Below are positions 63,443 through 64,000 of a stretch of 64,000 nt of DNA, piece by piece. Below the pieces are notes generated by a model that was given only the letters and a program-made list of their open reading frames with translations, ran no database searches and was not told the origin of the DNA. The stretch comes from Cirrosporium novae-zelandiae (Eukaryota): the NCBI GenBank assembly GCA_026023565.1, contig JAPETS010000005.1:744001-808000 (forward strand). Reading direction: 5' to 3'. The translations under genes were made by a program, and so were the position numbers. Numbering within the stretch: the first letter of the stretch is position 1; every line of letters begins with the position of its first letter.

Positions 63443-63640
63443 TTTGTAACAGAGGGATAACCTTCGTCAAAAGAGCTTGAGCGTTAAGAGGATTCGATCA
63501 AGAAATAAGTGATAGTATACCTAGAGTCTTCGAAGAAAAGAAGGAAGATAAAAGAGGGAGATGCTGCGGCTATTTTTATTTGGAACATTTGAATACTAGA
63601 AGGGGCTCTGGAGAAAATCCGTTTAAGCAAGCACTTGTCT

Positions 63641-64000
63641 TTACGCTTTCCCAATCCATTCAACAACCCTCCTCCAAATCTCCACCCCATCGCTCTCCTT
63701 CTCCATCTTCTTCTTCAGTTCCTTCAATGCCCCTCCATCCATCCCCTCTGTATACTCGGACGCATTTTCTAAGATCATCTTTGCTAGCTCGGTCGTCATT
63801 TCAGGATGTCCTTGGAAGGTAAGGATCCGATTGTCGCTGCGAAGAAAGATCTGGTGATTTTCTGCGAGCGGTTGCATGTGAAGGGCGGGGACAGCAACAA
63901 TACGGCGGTGGAATTCATGCATGTTTAAGACGGGCTTGAGGCTTGAGGAGGTGGTAGTGATGGTGGTGAAGGGGAAGAAGTTTTGGCCGAGGGGAGTGAG
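63641..64000 (-). CDS. Class I glutamine amidotransferase-like protein, 3' part (5' end outside window)
   Basis: HEFH...ILTFQGHPE catalytic His-Pro-Glu motif; the frame runs to the window edge. Confidence 0.8.
   Translation of the reverse strand, partial: LTPLGQNFFPFTTITTTSSSLKPVLNMHEFHRRIVAVPALHMQPLAENHQIFLRSDNRILTFQGHPEMTTELAKMILENASEYTEGMDGGALKELKKKMEKESDGVEIWRRVVEWIGKA

Overview
Eukaryotic, intron-containing DNA from a filamentous ascomycete (Pezizomycotina-type GT-AG introns of about 45-180 nt with CTRAC/CTAAT branch points); the species cannot be named from the sequence. About 24 protein genes can be assembled by splicing the ORF track. They include fibrillarin (NOP1), RPL17, a CDF metal transporter, DUF3431, an old yellow enzyme, a LaeA-like methyltransferase, a secreted lactonase, a GH92 mannosidase, an ABCG half-transporter, an AtuA-like DUF1446-DUF4387 protein, two Zn2Cys6 factors, F-box/BTB proteins and small secreted or orphan proteins. 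The main highlight is an 11.4-kb five-gene sugar-acid redox cluster (17495-28863: KduD/IdnO-like SDR, Zn2Cys6 TF, second SDR, sorbitol/idonate-DH-like enzyme, D-2-hydroxyacid dehydrogenase). Its family composition matches the fungal D-glucuronate/L-idonate pathway, it carries a regulator and an extra SDR, and all four enzyme promoters share a CCGATA motif. Other leads are a structured long intron in NOP1, structured intergenic segments 3' of NOP1, a long methyltransferase intron with a complex core, two GC-AG introns, possible TE relics, and recurrent C-rich to G-rich skew switches. Exon boundaries were read by eye and all functions are inferred from motifs; no searches were run.
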